Assembly (NCBI GenBank): GCA_002269645.1
Contig: NIVC01000637.1
Span: 1 to 64,000 of the forward strand
Length of the DNA: 64,000 bases
DNA from: Macrostomum lignano
Lineage: Eukaryota
Reading direction: 5' to 3'
Under the pieces are notes generated by a model. The model was not told the origin of the DNA and did not search any database. It was given only the letters and a program-made list of their open reading frames with translations. The position numbers were made by a program, and so were the translations under genes. Below are positions 10,101 through 22,319 of the stretch, in pieces. Numbering within the stretch: the first letter of the stretch is position 1; every line of letters begins with the position of its first letter.

Positions 10101-12657
10101 CCCGCCCCCTTCTCCATCCGCCCCCTTCTCCATCCGCCCCTTCTCCATCCGCCCCCTTCTCCATCCGCCCCCTTCTCCATCCGCCCCTCTCCCCACTGCA
10201 TCCGCCCCTCTCCCACTGCATCCGCCCCTCTCCCACTGCATCCGCCCCTCTCCCTACTCCATCCGCCCCTGTCTTCACTCCATCCGCCCCCTTCTCCATC
10301 CGCCCCTCTCGCTACAGCATCCGCCCATCTTCCCACTCCATCCGCCGCTCTCCCCACTCCGCACCCGTGGACCCGTCCCCGCCCGCAGGTGTCTAAGGGC
10401 GGGTTCTCGGCCAGCTTCATGGTGGACCGGGACGAGTGCGCCATGATGAACGGCGGCTGCGACCAGCTGTGCAAGAACACCATCGGCTCCTACGTGTGCG
10501 CCTGCCACAGCGGCTACGTGCTGTACGGCAACCACCAGTGCAAGGAGGGCGGCTGCAAGCACCGAATCACCCGGCTGAGCGGCGAGTTCTCCAGCCCCAA
10601 CTATCCCCGCAGGTACCCGCTGGAAAAGCGGTGCAGCTGGAACTTCCTCACCACGCCGGGGCACCGCATCAAACTGGTATGAGCAGAGCATGGCTACTCT
10701 GAGTAGGGAGCTGGGGATCACAGTTACAAGTCCTTCGAGATCCTCTTCTCCCATCCCCAGGTGTTAAAGCACTTCGAGTTCCCCTCCTCCCACCCCCAGG
10801 TGCTCAAGCACTTCAAGATCCCATCCTCCCACCCCCAGGTGTTCAAGCACTTCGAGATCCCCTCCTCTCATCCCCAGGTGTTCAAGCACTTTGAAATCGA
10901 GCGCCATCCAGACTGCGCCTACGACCACGTGGAGATCCGCGACGGTCCCGATGCCACCTCGGAGCGAATCGGAGTCTTCTGCGGCGACGCGATGCCGCCG
11001 ACTCCGGTGATCAGCACCGGCAACTCGATGTTTGTGGGCTTCGTCAGCGACTCCTCGCTGCAGCGGAAGGGCTTCAATGCGGATCACTCTTCAAGTGAGG
11101 AGCGCAGTTTGGATAAACTACTATAAGTAGCGTTCTAGCAATTTCTCATATTTACTCTAAAAGTCTAAACACCTTACGGCAGTGTGTACAGGCGATTGCC
11201 TGACCCCGATTAGAAAGTCAGGGCCTCCCCCCAACCACATCTGTCACTCAACAGTCTGCGGCGGGCAGCTGATCGCCTCGTCCGCGAACGCGAGCTTCTA
11301 CAGCCACGCCGGCTTCGGGGACAAGGACTACGGGACCAGGGAGAATTGCAACTGGACCCTCACCACCTCCAATCCCGAGGAGGTGATCGTGCTCAACATG
11401 GAGACATTTGAGCTGGAGAGCGAAATCGAGTGCGGGTGAGTTGACCGCGTTCTGATCTCGAACGCGTGGAAGTTTTTTCCCAGATTGGGATTGGGGGAAC
11501 TCACTACCTTCCCCGCCGCTCCGGCCAACCCGCAGCTACGACTACGTGGACATCTTCGATGACGACAACGACAGAGGCGTGTTGCTGGGCCGCTACTGCG
11601 GCAACCTGCGGGAGAGGAAGGTGCGTCAGCGTCTGGGGTTCGAACTCTGTTTCCGCTAAATTGAGCTTTAGCATACGGGGTAGTTAGTCCCTGCATGGAT
11701 TCCCAAATCCATGCTTTTTGATTACCAAAAAGAAAGTTTTTCTCCGGTAAAGGATAATTCCATATATCGGTAGTTATTCCTCTGTAAGGTTTCTCGAAAT
11801 ATTCCATAGAGAGATTAATCCCAGTGGGGACTCGCCAACACTTCATTGCAGAGGATTTACAAGGTATCCACCTGTAATCCGTACTGCCGTCAGGTGTTCC
11901 CCACTATGGATTCCTCGCAAGGTGTTGCCCAGTACGCATTCCCGCAAGGTGTTCCCCAGTACGGAGTCCCCCGCAAGGTGTTCCCCAGTACGGATTCCCC
12001 CGCAAGGTGTTCCCCAGTACGGATTACCTGCAAGGTATTCCCCAGTACGCGTTCCCGCAAGGTGTTCCCCACTATGGATTCCTCGCAAGGTGTTCCCCAG
12101 TACGGATTCCCGCAAGGTGTTCCCCAGTAGGGATTACCTGCAAGGTGTTGCCCAGTACGCATTCCCGCAAGGTGTTCCCCAGTAGGGATTACCCGCAAGG
12201 TGTTCCCCAATAGGGATTCCCTGCAAGGTGTTCCCCAGTAGGGATTACCTGCAAGGTGTTCCCCAGTAGGGATTACCTGCAAGGTGTTCCCCAGTAGGGA
12301 TTTCCACAGGAGATCCTGGAGGATTTGTGTTTCTTTAATAAAATCTGCCGAAATGTAATTAATTCACCATGAAATATTGCCCTTCATCCCGCGCCCCAGG
12401 GTCCGGACGGGCCGATCTACTCCTCCAGGCAGAGTCTGCACATCCGGTTCCGCAGCGACGACACGATCAGCTTTAAGGGCTTCCACGCCGTGTACCGCAC
12501 GGTGAGCCGGGAGGCGCCGCGGCCCCACGCCCACCGGGGTGGCATCATCCCCAGGACCGACCGCAACGGCCTGCTGATCCGCAAGCCGAAGGAGAAGCAG
12601 CCGCCGACCACGGCGTCGCCGACAGGGCGAGAGAAAGGCTACATTGATTACAGTTAG
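1190..12657 (+). CDS. tld: Tolloid/BMP1-like astacin metalloprotease, multi-exon, 5' end (signal peptide, prodomain) not found in window
   Basis: Exons joined by GT-AG sites: 1190-1486, 3254-3501, ~5985-6212, 6655-6771, 7487-7632, 8414-8609, 9013-9308, 9667-9813, 10389-10676, 10878-11094, 11255-11435, 11536-11620, 12400-12657 (TAG). Zinc motif [11 protein letters not shown] and Met-turn SIMHY are present, followed by CUB1, CUB2, EGF (DECMALH...CDCRPGF), CUB3, EGF ([16 protein letters not shown]), CUB4 and CUB5, the canonical tolloid order. All junction phases match except exon 2 to exon 3 (see findings). Confidence 0.95.
1481..1848 (+). repeat. 41-bp tandem repeat containing the exon end and splice donor (TGGAGA|GTGAGTC)
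   Basis: About 9 copies of GTGAGTCGGGGAGCCTGTGTGACTCAGGCCCGGTATGGAGA starting at 1487. Confidence 0.9.
2262..3170. repeat. 33-bp intronic minisatellite (CACAAATGTAGCTTATTGACAGAATAGTGCTGA)
   Basis: Tandem copies in tolloid intron 1487-3253. Confidence 0.95.
3640..5865. repeat. 19-bp intronic minisatellite (GCACAGCTCAGAGAGTGAG)
   Basis: More than 100 copies with variant runs, e.g. a GTCAGACACA block at ~4180-4400. Confidence 0.95.
6235..7280. repeat. Two intronic minisatellites: 44-bp (6235-6560) and 21-bp TGCAATCTGACAGTGTATCAT (6785-7280), flanking exon 6655-6771
   Basis: Direct tandem copies. Confidence 0.9.
7760..10370. repeat. Series of intronic repeats: (GGTCA/GATCA)n 7760-8390, 14-bp CCCTACCCAATTCA 8660-9010, 57-bp 9315-9650, C-rich 9970-10370
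   Basis: Each is confined to its own tolloid intron. Confidence 0.9.
10727..10898 (+). repeat. 39-bp tandem repeat containing the splice acceptor plus the first codons of the CUB4 exon
   Basis: CCCCAG|GTG(T/C)T(A/C)AAGCACTT units, with exon starts at 10761, 10800, 10839 and 10878. Confidence 0.9.
11870..12300. repeat. ~28-bp intronic minisatellite (GCAAGGTGTTCCCCAGTACGGATTCCC)
   Basis: Degenerate tandem copies in the last tolloid intron. Confidence 0.9.
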
Positions 12658-13084
12658 CCGGGCCGCGCAATGGCCGCTCGACAGGAGCTCAGCATGATAA
12701 ATATTTGATACTCACTGCAAGAAGGCAACTCGTGTCTCGCACCATGTCCACTCACTCCTGATGTGTAGCATCTCATGCATGACTCTGTCACACTTGCACC
12801 ATCGTCCTCCCCCGCTTTTTGCATAAGAGAAATGTTTTTTCAATAACCGCACCTCATGCTCGCACATCGCCTCTCGTGTATCAATAATTTTACTCTGCTG
12901 CTGAACTCTCGGTTTGGTGAAAATTAACAGCAAAATCTTCCGAGTTCGCGCACTTGTTGCAGCTTCTGCTTTTGAGACTGGCTGTCATTTTCAGTGCTCG
13001 GAATTGTGCTCTACATCTGCTTTTAATTGCAGCCTATACGCCTACATAAGGGTCTGATGGGTTGGGCTGTTTGATACTGTAACT

Positions 13085-16000
13085 AGTGCTGGTAGATGTC
13101 TGGTAGCTAGTGCTGGCAGATTCCTGGTACATGTAGCTAGTGCTGGTAGATTCCTGGTACATGTAGCTAGTGCTGGTAGATTCCTGGTACATGTAGCTAG
13201 TGCTGGTAGATTCCTGGTACATGTAGCTAGTGCTGGCAGATTCCTGGTACATGTAGCTAGTGCTGGTAGATTCCTGGTACATGTAGCTAGTGCTGGTAGA
13301 TGCCTGGTATCTACTGCTGGTAGATTCCTGGTAGCTAGTGCTGGTAGATTCCTGGTAGCTAGTGCTGATAGATGCCTGGTAGCTAGTGCTGGTAGATGCC
13401 TGGTAGCTAGTGCTGGTAGATTCCTGGTAGCTAGTGCTGGTAGATTCCTGGTAGCTAGTGCTGGTAGATGCCTGGTAGCTAGTGCTGGTAGATTCCTGGT
13501 AGCTAGTGCTGGTAGATGCCTGGTAGCTAGTGCTAAGAGATGCCTGGTAGCTAGTGCTGGTAGATGCCTGGTAGCTAGTGCTGGCAGATGCCTAGTAGCT
13601 AGTGCTGGTAGATCCCTGGTACATGTAGCTAGTGCTGGTAGATGCCTGGTAGCTAGTGCTGGTAGATGCCTGGTAGCTAGTGCTGGTAGATGCCTGGTAG
13701 CTAGTGCTGGTAGATGCCTGGTAGCTAGTGCTGGTAGATGCCTGGTAGCTAGTGCTGGTAGATGCCTGGTAGCTAGTGCTGGCAGATGCCTGGTATCTAG
13801 TGCTGGCAGATGCCTGGTAGCTAGTGCTGGTAGATGCCTGGTATCTAGTGCTGGCAGATGCCTGGTATCTAGTGCTGGCAGATGCCTGGTATCTAGTGCT
13901 GGCAGATGCCTGGTAGCTAGTGCTGGCAGATGCCTGGTAGCTAGTGCTGGCAGATTCCTGGTATCTAGTGCTGGCAGATGCCTGGTAGCTAGTGCTGGCA
14001 GATGCCTGGTATCTAGTGCTGGCAGATGCCTGGTAGCTAGTGCTGGCAGATGCCTGGTATCTAGTGCTGGCAGATGCCTGGTAGCTAGTGCTGGCAGATG
14101 CCTGGTAGCTAGTGCTGGTAGATTCCTGGTAGCTAGTGCTGATAGATGCCTGGTAGCTAGTGCTAAGAGATGCCTGGTAGCTAGTGCTGGTAGATGCCTG
14201 GTAGCTAGTGCTGGTAGATGCCTGGTAGCTAGTGCTGGCAGATGCCTAGTAGCTAGTGCTGGTAGATCCCTGGTACATGTAGCTAGTGCTGGTAGATGCC
14301 TGGTATCTAGTGCTGGCAGATGCCTGGTAGCTAGTGCTGGTAGATGCCTGGTAGCTAGTGCTGGTAGATGCCTGGTAGCTAGTGCTGGCAGATGCCTGGT
14401 ATCTAGTGCTGGCAGATGCCTGGTAGCTAGTGCTGGTAGATGCCTGGTAGCTAGTGCTGGCAGATGCCTGGTATCTAGTGCTGGCAGATGCCTGGTAGCT
14501 AGTGCTGGTAGATGCCTGGTATCTAGTGCTGGCAGATGCCTGGTATCTAGTGCTGGCAGATGCCTGGTAGCTAGTGCTGGCAGATGCCTGGTATCTAGTG
14601 CTGGCAGATGCCTGGTAGCTAGTGCTGGCAGATGCCTGGTAGCTAGTGCTGGTAGATGCCTGGTAGCTAGTGCTAAGAGATGCCTGGTAGCTAGTGCTGG
14701 TAGATGCCTGGTAGCTAGTGCTGGTAGATCCCTGGTACATGTAGCTAGTGCTGGTAGATGCCTGGTAGCTAGTGCTGGTAGATGCCTGGTATCTAGTGCT
14801 GGTAGATGCCTGGTAGCTAGTGCTGGCAGATGCCTGGTAGCTAGTGCTGGCAGATGCCTGGTATCTAGTGCTGGCAGATGCCTGGTAGCTAGTGCTGGCA
14901 GATGCCTGGTAGCTAGTGCTGGCAGATGCCTGATAGCTAGTGCTGGTAGATGCCTGGTATCTAGTGCTGGCAGATGCCTGGTATCTAGTGCTGGCAGATG
15001 CCTGGTATCTAGTGCTGGCAGATGCCTGGTAGCTAGTGCTGGCAGATGCCTGGTAGCTAGTGCTGGCAGATGCCTGGTAGCTAGTGCTGGCAGATGCCTG
15101 GTAGCTAGTGCTGGCAGATGCCTGGTAGCTAGTGCTGGCAGATGCCTGGTAGCTAGTGCTGGCAGATGTCTTTTATTACTCTCGCAGATCAGCAGTTCCA
15201 AAGCCCCAGTCCGCAACTGCAGGATCCACCCCAGCACACAGCGAATGCATACAACAATAGTGCAATCTGACACCAGCCCTTACTGGTAGCAGAAGCTACT
15301 CGAAATAGCTGGACTTTTCAGCTCGATCCTCATTTTCATGCACTGGCGGGGGCTCCTGAAACACTCAGAAGCCATTCAACAATGCAGCCTCTCCAAGCAG
15401 ACTTCCGCTGCAAATCGTGGGAATGCAGAAATGATGAAAGCCAAACCGAGTGACAGCGCAAAGCCAGAATTTTATTGCATAGCAACCAACAGGAGCCAGC
15501 AATGCTTGCGGGCTTGCCATTGCCAGTAGTGCTTTATTTAAACAGTAAAGTACGTGTGAATTGTGCCAACAGAAAGTTATTGAAGCTTGTGGATATGAAT
15601 TGCAATTTGCCGGTAAAGTAAAATTGTTGGTCAGCAGATCAGACCAGTTGGTCAGCAGATCAGACCAGTTGGTCAGGAGATCAGACCAGTTGGTCAGTAG
15701 ATCAGCTGATTTGGTCAGTAGATCAGCTGATTTGGTCAGCAGATCAGCTGATTTGGTTAGCAGATCAGACCAGTTGGTCAGCAGATCAGACCAGTTGGTC
15801 AGGAGATCAGACCAGTTGGTCAGTAGATCAGCTGATTTGGTCAGTAGATCAGCTGATTTGGTCAGCAGATCAGCTGATTTGGTTAGCAGATCAGACCAGT
15901 TGGTCAGCAGATCAGACCAGTTGGTCAGCAGATCAGACCAGTTGGTTAGTAGATCAGCTGATTTGGTCAGTAGATCAGCTGATTTGGTCAGTAGATCAGC

Positions 16001-18230
16001 TGATTTGGTCAGTAGATCAGCTGATTTGGTCAGTAGATCAGCTGATTTGGTCAGTAGATCAGCTGATTTGGTCAGCAGATCAGCTGATTTGGTCAGCAGA
16101 TCAGCTGATTTGGTCAGCAGATCAGCTGATTTGGTCAGCAGATCAGACCAGTGGGTCAGATCAGCACTGCAAGCGTGCAACGTTAAAAAAGCTCGCAGTT
16201 TTCGGCAGCAAGAAAGATCAGAAAGCAGCAACTGCAACAGCAGAGCAGGCGTACAGCTACCCCGGTCATGTCATGTCAAAAACATTCCGGACATTCCAGA
16301 ATTCAGCGCTGCATCATGGCGTGTGCCGAACGGCAGTTCAAAACTGGCACAAAAAGCAAATCGAACCGGCAGTTGGCAGATGGCTGAGCTGGCAGATCAG
16401 TTGGCAGATTGTGACCAGCTACCACTCTATCAGTTGGCAGATTGTGACCAGCTACCCTCTATCAGTTGGCAGATTGTGACCAGCTACCCCTCTATCAGTT
16501 GGCAGATTGTGACCAGCTACCCCTCTATCAATTGGCAGATTGTGACTAGACCAGCTACCAATCTACAGTTAGCAGATTGTGACCAGCTACCCCTCTATCA
16601 GTTGGCAGATTGTGACCAGCTACCACTCTATCAGTTGGCAGATTGTGACCAGCTACCCCTCTATCAGTTGGCAGATTGTGACCAGCTACCACTCTACAGT
16701 TAGCAGATTGTGACCAGCTACCACTCTACAGTTGGCAGATTGTGACCAGCTACCCCTCTATCAGTTGGCAGATTGTGACCAGCTACCCCTCTATCAGTTG
16801 GCAGATTGTGACCAGCTACCCCTCTATCAGTTGGCAGATTGTGACCAGCCACCCCTCTATCAGTTGGCAGATTGTGACCAGCTACCCCTCTATCAGTTGG
16901 CAGATTGTGACCAGCTACCACTCTATCAGTTGGCAGATTGTGACCAGCTACCCCTCTATCAGTTGGCAGATTGTGACCAGCTACCCCTCTATCAATTGGC
17001 AGATTGTGACTAGACCAGCTACCAATCTACAGTTAGCAGATTGTGACCAGCTACCCCTCTATCAGTTGGCAGATTGTGACCAGCTACCACTCTATCAGTT
17101 GGCAGATTGTGACCAGCTACCCCTCTATCAGTTGGCAGATTGTGACCAGCTACCACTCTACAGTTAGCAGATTGTGACCAGCTACCACTCTACAGTTGGC
17201 AGATTGTGACCAGCTACCCCTCTATCAGTTGGCAGATTGTGACCAGCTACCCCTCTATCAGTTGGCAGATTGTGACCAGCTACCCCTCTATCAGTTGGCA
17301 GATTGTGACCAGCTACCCCTCCATCAGTTGGCAGATTGTGACCAGCTACCCCTCTATCAGTTGGCAGATTGTGACCAGCTACCCCTCCATCAGTTGGCAG
17401 ATTGTGACCAGCCACCCCTCTATCAACCGGAAGACTGGGATCCCTAAAGGTCGACTGCCCGTGAAGGGAGTCAAGCCCATTAAAATGAAGCTGATTAAAA
17501 GTTTAAATATCAGCACAATGGAAACCGCTTATGCAGGTGAATTTACAGCCTAAGTAATGACACAGCGCATTCAGTTATTACAAAAAATATTAAAACTGAG
17601 TAAAATAGTAATTTAAAAAAAATTGCTGCATACAGAACTGAGCAATCTTCAAGCAAACAATACGATATTAAAGTACAAGTATGAAGCGCCTTACAGTACA
17701 TGAACTATCTGGGGCTGTACTTTTGCAACCGATACTAGCAATACAGTGAGTACACAGAGCTGAGCGAGAGCAGGTGCTGCTTAGTGGGCCTGGCAGCTAC
17801 TGTCTAACAGACCCAGATAATCTAACAGTCTGTCTAACAGACCTACAAAATCTAGCAGTCTATCTAACAGACCTACAGAATCTAACAGTCTGTTTAACAG
17901 ACCCAGAGAATCTAACAGTCTGTCTAACAGACCCAGAGAATCTAACAGTCTGTCTAACAGACCTAAAAAATCTAGCAGTCTATCTAACAGACCTACAGAA
18001 TCTAACAGTCTGTCTAACAGATCCAGATAATCTAACAGTCTGTCTAACAGATCCAGATAATCTAACAGCCTGTCTAACAGATCCAGCCTGTCTAGCAGTC
18101 TGTCTAACAGACCTAGAGAATCTAGCAGTCTGTCTAACAGACCTACAGAATCTAACAGTCTGTTTAACAGACCCAGATAATCTAACAGTCTGTCTAACCG
18201 ACCCAGATAATCTAACAGTCTGTCTAAGAG
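13085..18230. repeat. Intergenic minisatellite cluster: 21/27-bp 13085-15168, 21-bp 15625-16150, 33-bp 16370-17425, 30-bp 17790-18230
   Basis: Four unrelated arrays between the 3' ends of tolloid and HS6ST; they generate the spurious 743, 380 and 290 aa ORFs. Confidence 0.95.
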
Positions 18231-18391
18231 ACAGTGCCAGAAGCCGCCAGCAGCAGTCCTGCTTACAATAAAGGCACAGCACAAAATCAAAAGCAGCCGA
18301 ACTCCATCCCCAGTTCGCATTACCGGTACAGAGCATGCAGCTGGCTCAGAAACTCAAGCCGGACCCGCTGTAGTCCGTCTAGAATCCGTGG

Positions 18392-20107
18392 TCACGAGTT
18401 CGAATCCGACTCGGCCTCGTCGTTGCCAGCCCGCAGGAGCTTCTTGCGCACCCGGCGCCGGATGTCTGCCTTCTCGGCGTCGTCCACTTCAACGGCGCCC
18501 AGCTCCAGCAGCACCCGGCGGGCCAGCGCGGTCAGTGCGTCGCCGCCGATTGAGGAGTCGGCGTCCCGGACTCGAGCCCGCTGGCCGGCCGACAGCAGCG
18601 GCTCCCGAGCCAGCAGGCGGCGGGCCTGGCCGAAGAACAGCCGCTCGGCCGCTGCGTACAGGCGGGCGTCGGCGGGGTTGGCGAGCTCCGCCAGTCGCCT
18701 CTGCTGGAGGTCGCCGGCGTCGGCGACGAGGCTGAAGTTGCCGCTGGCGCGCCAATTAGAGGCGACGGTGGCGTCCTGCTGCCAGAACAGGCGGCTGAAG
18801 CTCAGGCCGAGGCGCCTGCTCAGCAGGTATTGCGTCAGGATCTGCGCGGGTCCGAGAGTGGTGCTTGGTGGAGTGACATCCGCGTGACAACAGCAAATCC
18901 GCTTGAAGAGTCTTTACAGCTCCCTCAGTATCCCAAATCCTCAACTCCATCAGATATCCCAGATCCTCAACACCATCAGATATCCCAGATCCTCAACACC
19001 ATCAGATATCCCAGATCCTCAACTCCATCAGATATCCCAGATCCTCAACACCATCAGATATCCCAGATCCTCAACACCATCAGATATCCCAGATCCTCAA
19101 CTCCATCAGATATCCCAGATCCTCAACACCACCAGATATCCCAGATCCTCAACACCACCAGATATCCCAGATCCTCAACTCCATCAGATATCCCAGATCC
19201 TCAACACCATCAGATATCCCAGATACTCAACTCCATAAAAGTCCCAGCTTCCCAGCAGCTCGCTCACCTGCCACTCTGTCAGGCCGAACGCCGCCATCCC
19301 TACCAGATTGTGAAGCGCACTGGCCAGCAGTAGGTCCGCGGTTCGATTCCCGTTGGCGAAGACGGCCTGGCAGGGCAGGCCGCTGGCGTTGGCCAGCATG
19401 CGCGCCTGCCGGTTCAGCGCCGGGTTGGCGCGGCAGGCGGCGAACTCGGCCAGGGAGACGCCGCGCCAGGCGCCGTCGCCAGTCCGGCAGGGCGGAGGCC
19501 GGCGGCCGCGGCAGGTGGGCTGCGATTTCCGCCAGGTGGCGCCGCGGCGCGCGTGCTGCCACTCGGACAGGAAGCGGTCGGCCGGCCGGCGCAGCATAGT
19601 GACGTAGCGGAGGCGGCGCGGCCTCTCAAAGTCGGAGTCGAGCGCGGCCAGCTGGCCGGGCACGCAGGCAGACAGCGCGGCGAAGTCGGCGTGGAGGCCG
19701 CAGAGCCAGCCGGTGCTGTAGCGGCTCACCAGCCACAGGTCGCCGCGGCTGTTGCGGCAGCTGCAGCGCCATTTCCGCCGGCGCGCACCGCCGAGGCCGC
19801 CGCGGCCGCACTGGCAGCGCATGTCGGGTCGGCGCAAGCCGGAGACGAGCTGGCGGTTGAGGTGCGAGCCGCCGGTCTTCTGCATGTGCAGCAGCACGAT
19901 GACATCGCGGCGAGAGTCGAACAGGTCAACGGATTCGATGGTGCTGGCGGATTCCAGCTGGAAGGACGGCGGCAGCGGCCTGCTGAGCGAGGCGCTGGCC
20001 AGCAGCAGGAGCGCCAGCAGGGCGGTGACGGCAGCGGCCACAATGGCTGCCTGCCGCCTGCGACGCCGCCAGAGATGGCGCACTAAGCCAGTGCACCACA
20101 GGCGGTG
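18392..20107 (-). CDS. HS6ST: Heparan sulfate 6-O-sulfotransferase (type II Golgi membrane protein); start codon not encoded in the exon
   Basis: Exons 20107-19268 (donor GTGAGC) and 18841-18392 (TGA). Basic N-terminal tail plus hydrophobic anchor. Motifs LLHMQKTGGS (5'-PAPS site), CGLHADFAALSACVP, YVTMLRRPADRFLSEWQHARRGATW (3'-PAPS site) and C-terminal TQYLLSRRLGLSF...NPADARLYAAA match the HS6ST family pattern. Confidence 0.92.
18925..19235. repeat. 26-bp minisatellite in HS6ST intron (CAGATATCCCAGATCCTCAACACCAT)
   Basis: Direct tandem copies within intron 18842-19267. Confidence 0.9.
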
Positions 20108-22319
20108 CTGCGGGCGCGATAGTCACAAATGACTATATTAGTTAATAACTTTGTCTTTAGTTAAAACAAATAGACAAATCTCATATTTAACCCATGGGCA
20201 AATGGGCCTAGTTACCAACTGCATATGTACAACTAGACTAATTTCTCTAAATTATTGTCAGGTTAAATAACATAATCCCTTATACTTTTATAGATCTGCT
20301 TAGAATTGAAAAGTGGCTTTGGCAGCCTACTACTATTATTAAATTTGGCTAAAGAATATAAAGAAACCAGTTTTATCATGGCAATATATCAATATAATAT
20401 CTAAATAAACATATATTATAATGATTTGCACAAACTTTGTTAGATAAATCTAAATTAACCTACATGTAGATCTACATAGCCATGATGTAAATCTATTTGA
20501 TCATTTCTAGTTCAAATGACAAAATACAATCTTTCAATCTTTCAAAATCTTCCAAAGTGTGACTTATATACACTAAAATTGCTACTAATATACAGTGTTA
20601 TCTAGTACTTACCTATCTTTTACTTTTATCCATTATCCATTATCTACTACCTATCCTTTCTAATTTTAAGGAACCACCAATTAAAGAGTGATTAAATGTC
20701 TTTGTACAAAAAAAACAAAAAATGTGTTGGTCTATAGATAAACATGCTGTTATTCCTCAAATAAAGATGCAACATAATATTTTTATTATTGCATCCAAAA
20801 TTTGAGTGAATAAACAAAACCTTTTACAAAACAAGGATTAGCAATATATCAATCAGGACACTACACTTGCAATTTGCAAAAAAATGGAAGGTCAATTTTC
20901 AAATGTTGATTCTGACTCTTCAGAAGTATGTATAGAAATAATTCTTAACCAATATTATATTGTACTTTTATAGTAGTGTAAATATAATTTTGTACTATTG
21001 GTCACTCATTTAAAATCAATGATAATTTTTAGCAGCTTTAGAAATACTAGTTAATTAAGAAAATAGATACCAAGACAACAAATGGCTGCAATTTGATAGA
21101 TAGACCAATATATAAGACTTTATTAAGAATGCATTCTAAAACAAAAGTGAGGGGGATAAAAATGAAAATAAGGGATAATTTGTTAACAGTCATACCCATT
21201 TCTTTTCAGTCTTTCATTTATTTGCTATATCCCCCTCACTTTCATTTTACAATGTATTCTTAACAAATTCTCTATTGAGGGCATCGTAGGCCTATAATGA
21301 AAGTGAATATAAGGATTGTGCACTAATAAGCTAAAATTGTAAGATTCTTCATGGCTATATCCAATTCTTAATATTCTCCCTTATTTTTGCTTCTATACCT
21401 CCTCACTTTCATTTTACAATGCATTCTTAACAAATTCTCCATTAAGGGCATTGTATAATGAAAGTGAATATAAGGATTGTGTGCTAGCAAGCTATGATTG
21501 AAACATTTTTGCAATCAAAGCTACATCTATTTCAATTCTCACTAATTTCCAATGGGTATTATATAACAAAATTGACACAAAGTGCAAGTATTGTAAAACA
21601 AAAAAATGCCATATAATGCTTTAAACATGCTTTAATTAAAAGAACTAGAAAAAATTGACACTTTTTTAAGAATAACATTTTCTGTATACTAAAAATGGTC
21701 TGTTGGTAGGTATCTATCTATCTAGGTAAGTATGTGATCAGTTTTAGCAAAAATGGCTAAGCCAATTTTCTTTGAACATGCACTGTTCAATCAGAAATTT
21801 TTCCATGACAGTACTTGCAATGTTGCTAAGAAATTGCTTGATGCTAAAGGGATTAAATATTTGAAAAACATGCTTTTTGCAAAGGTCAAGCAGCTCTTTC
21901 AACTTTAAATGCATCATAAGAATGCTAAGAAAAAACTGACTGGTTGAATTCTGATTCTGAAATAGATTGCATCACAATAGGCTTTTTATTTATTGTCTGT
22001 ATACTAGTTGAATTGCATTAGTGTTGAGTGTAGAAGCATAGCACAGTACTTGATTTATATTGCCTAACCATATTGTTAGTATAGACACTGATACTGACTG
22101 CCTAAGAAATTAATTATATCATAACTGCTTCATGTGACTTTTACTCTACCTGACTTTGTGTGAGTGTTGATTTATATGAGCTACAAATTCATTTAACTTC
22201 AATGAGAGCTAGCCTAGAGCTGAACATACTGGACTACTAATGCAGCGACCTAGGTTCAAATCTTAGTAGTGTATATAAAGTATATAAAAGTAGTGAAATT
22301 TTCTTTTCATTCACTTAAT

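Noticed and set aside
13042-15273. 743-aa ORF (TRHLPALA)n and similar long ORFs at 15365-16703, 39933-40847 and 45284-47906
   Set aside because: These are translations of stop-free tandem repeats or CT-rich tracts, often open in several frames and on both strands, with no domain content.
1190-20107. Tolloid and HS6ST adjacency as a BMP-gradient functional cluster
   Set aside because: The genes are convergent and separated by ~5.7 kb of repeats; adjacency alone gives no evidence of co-regulation.
18234-20132. Several plus-strand ORFs overlapping HS6ST; similar antisense ORFs over ARL5, the 34265 gene and Rh
   Set aside because: Shadow ORFs from GC-rich codon usage on the opposite strand; no motifs.
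22225-22270. GCGACCTAGGTTCAAATC, a B-box-like tRNA/SINE remnant
   Set aside because: Too degenerate, with no A box or second copy to support a call.
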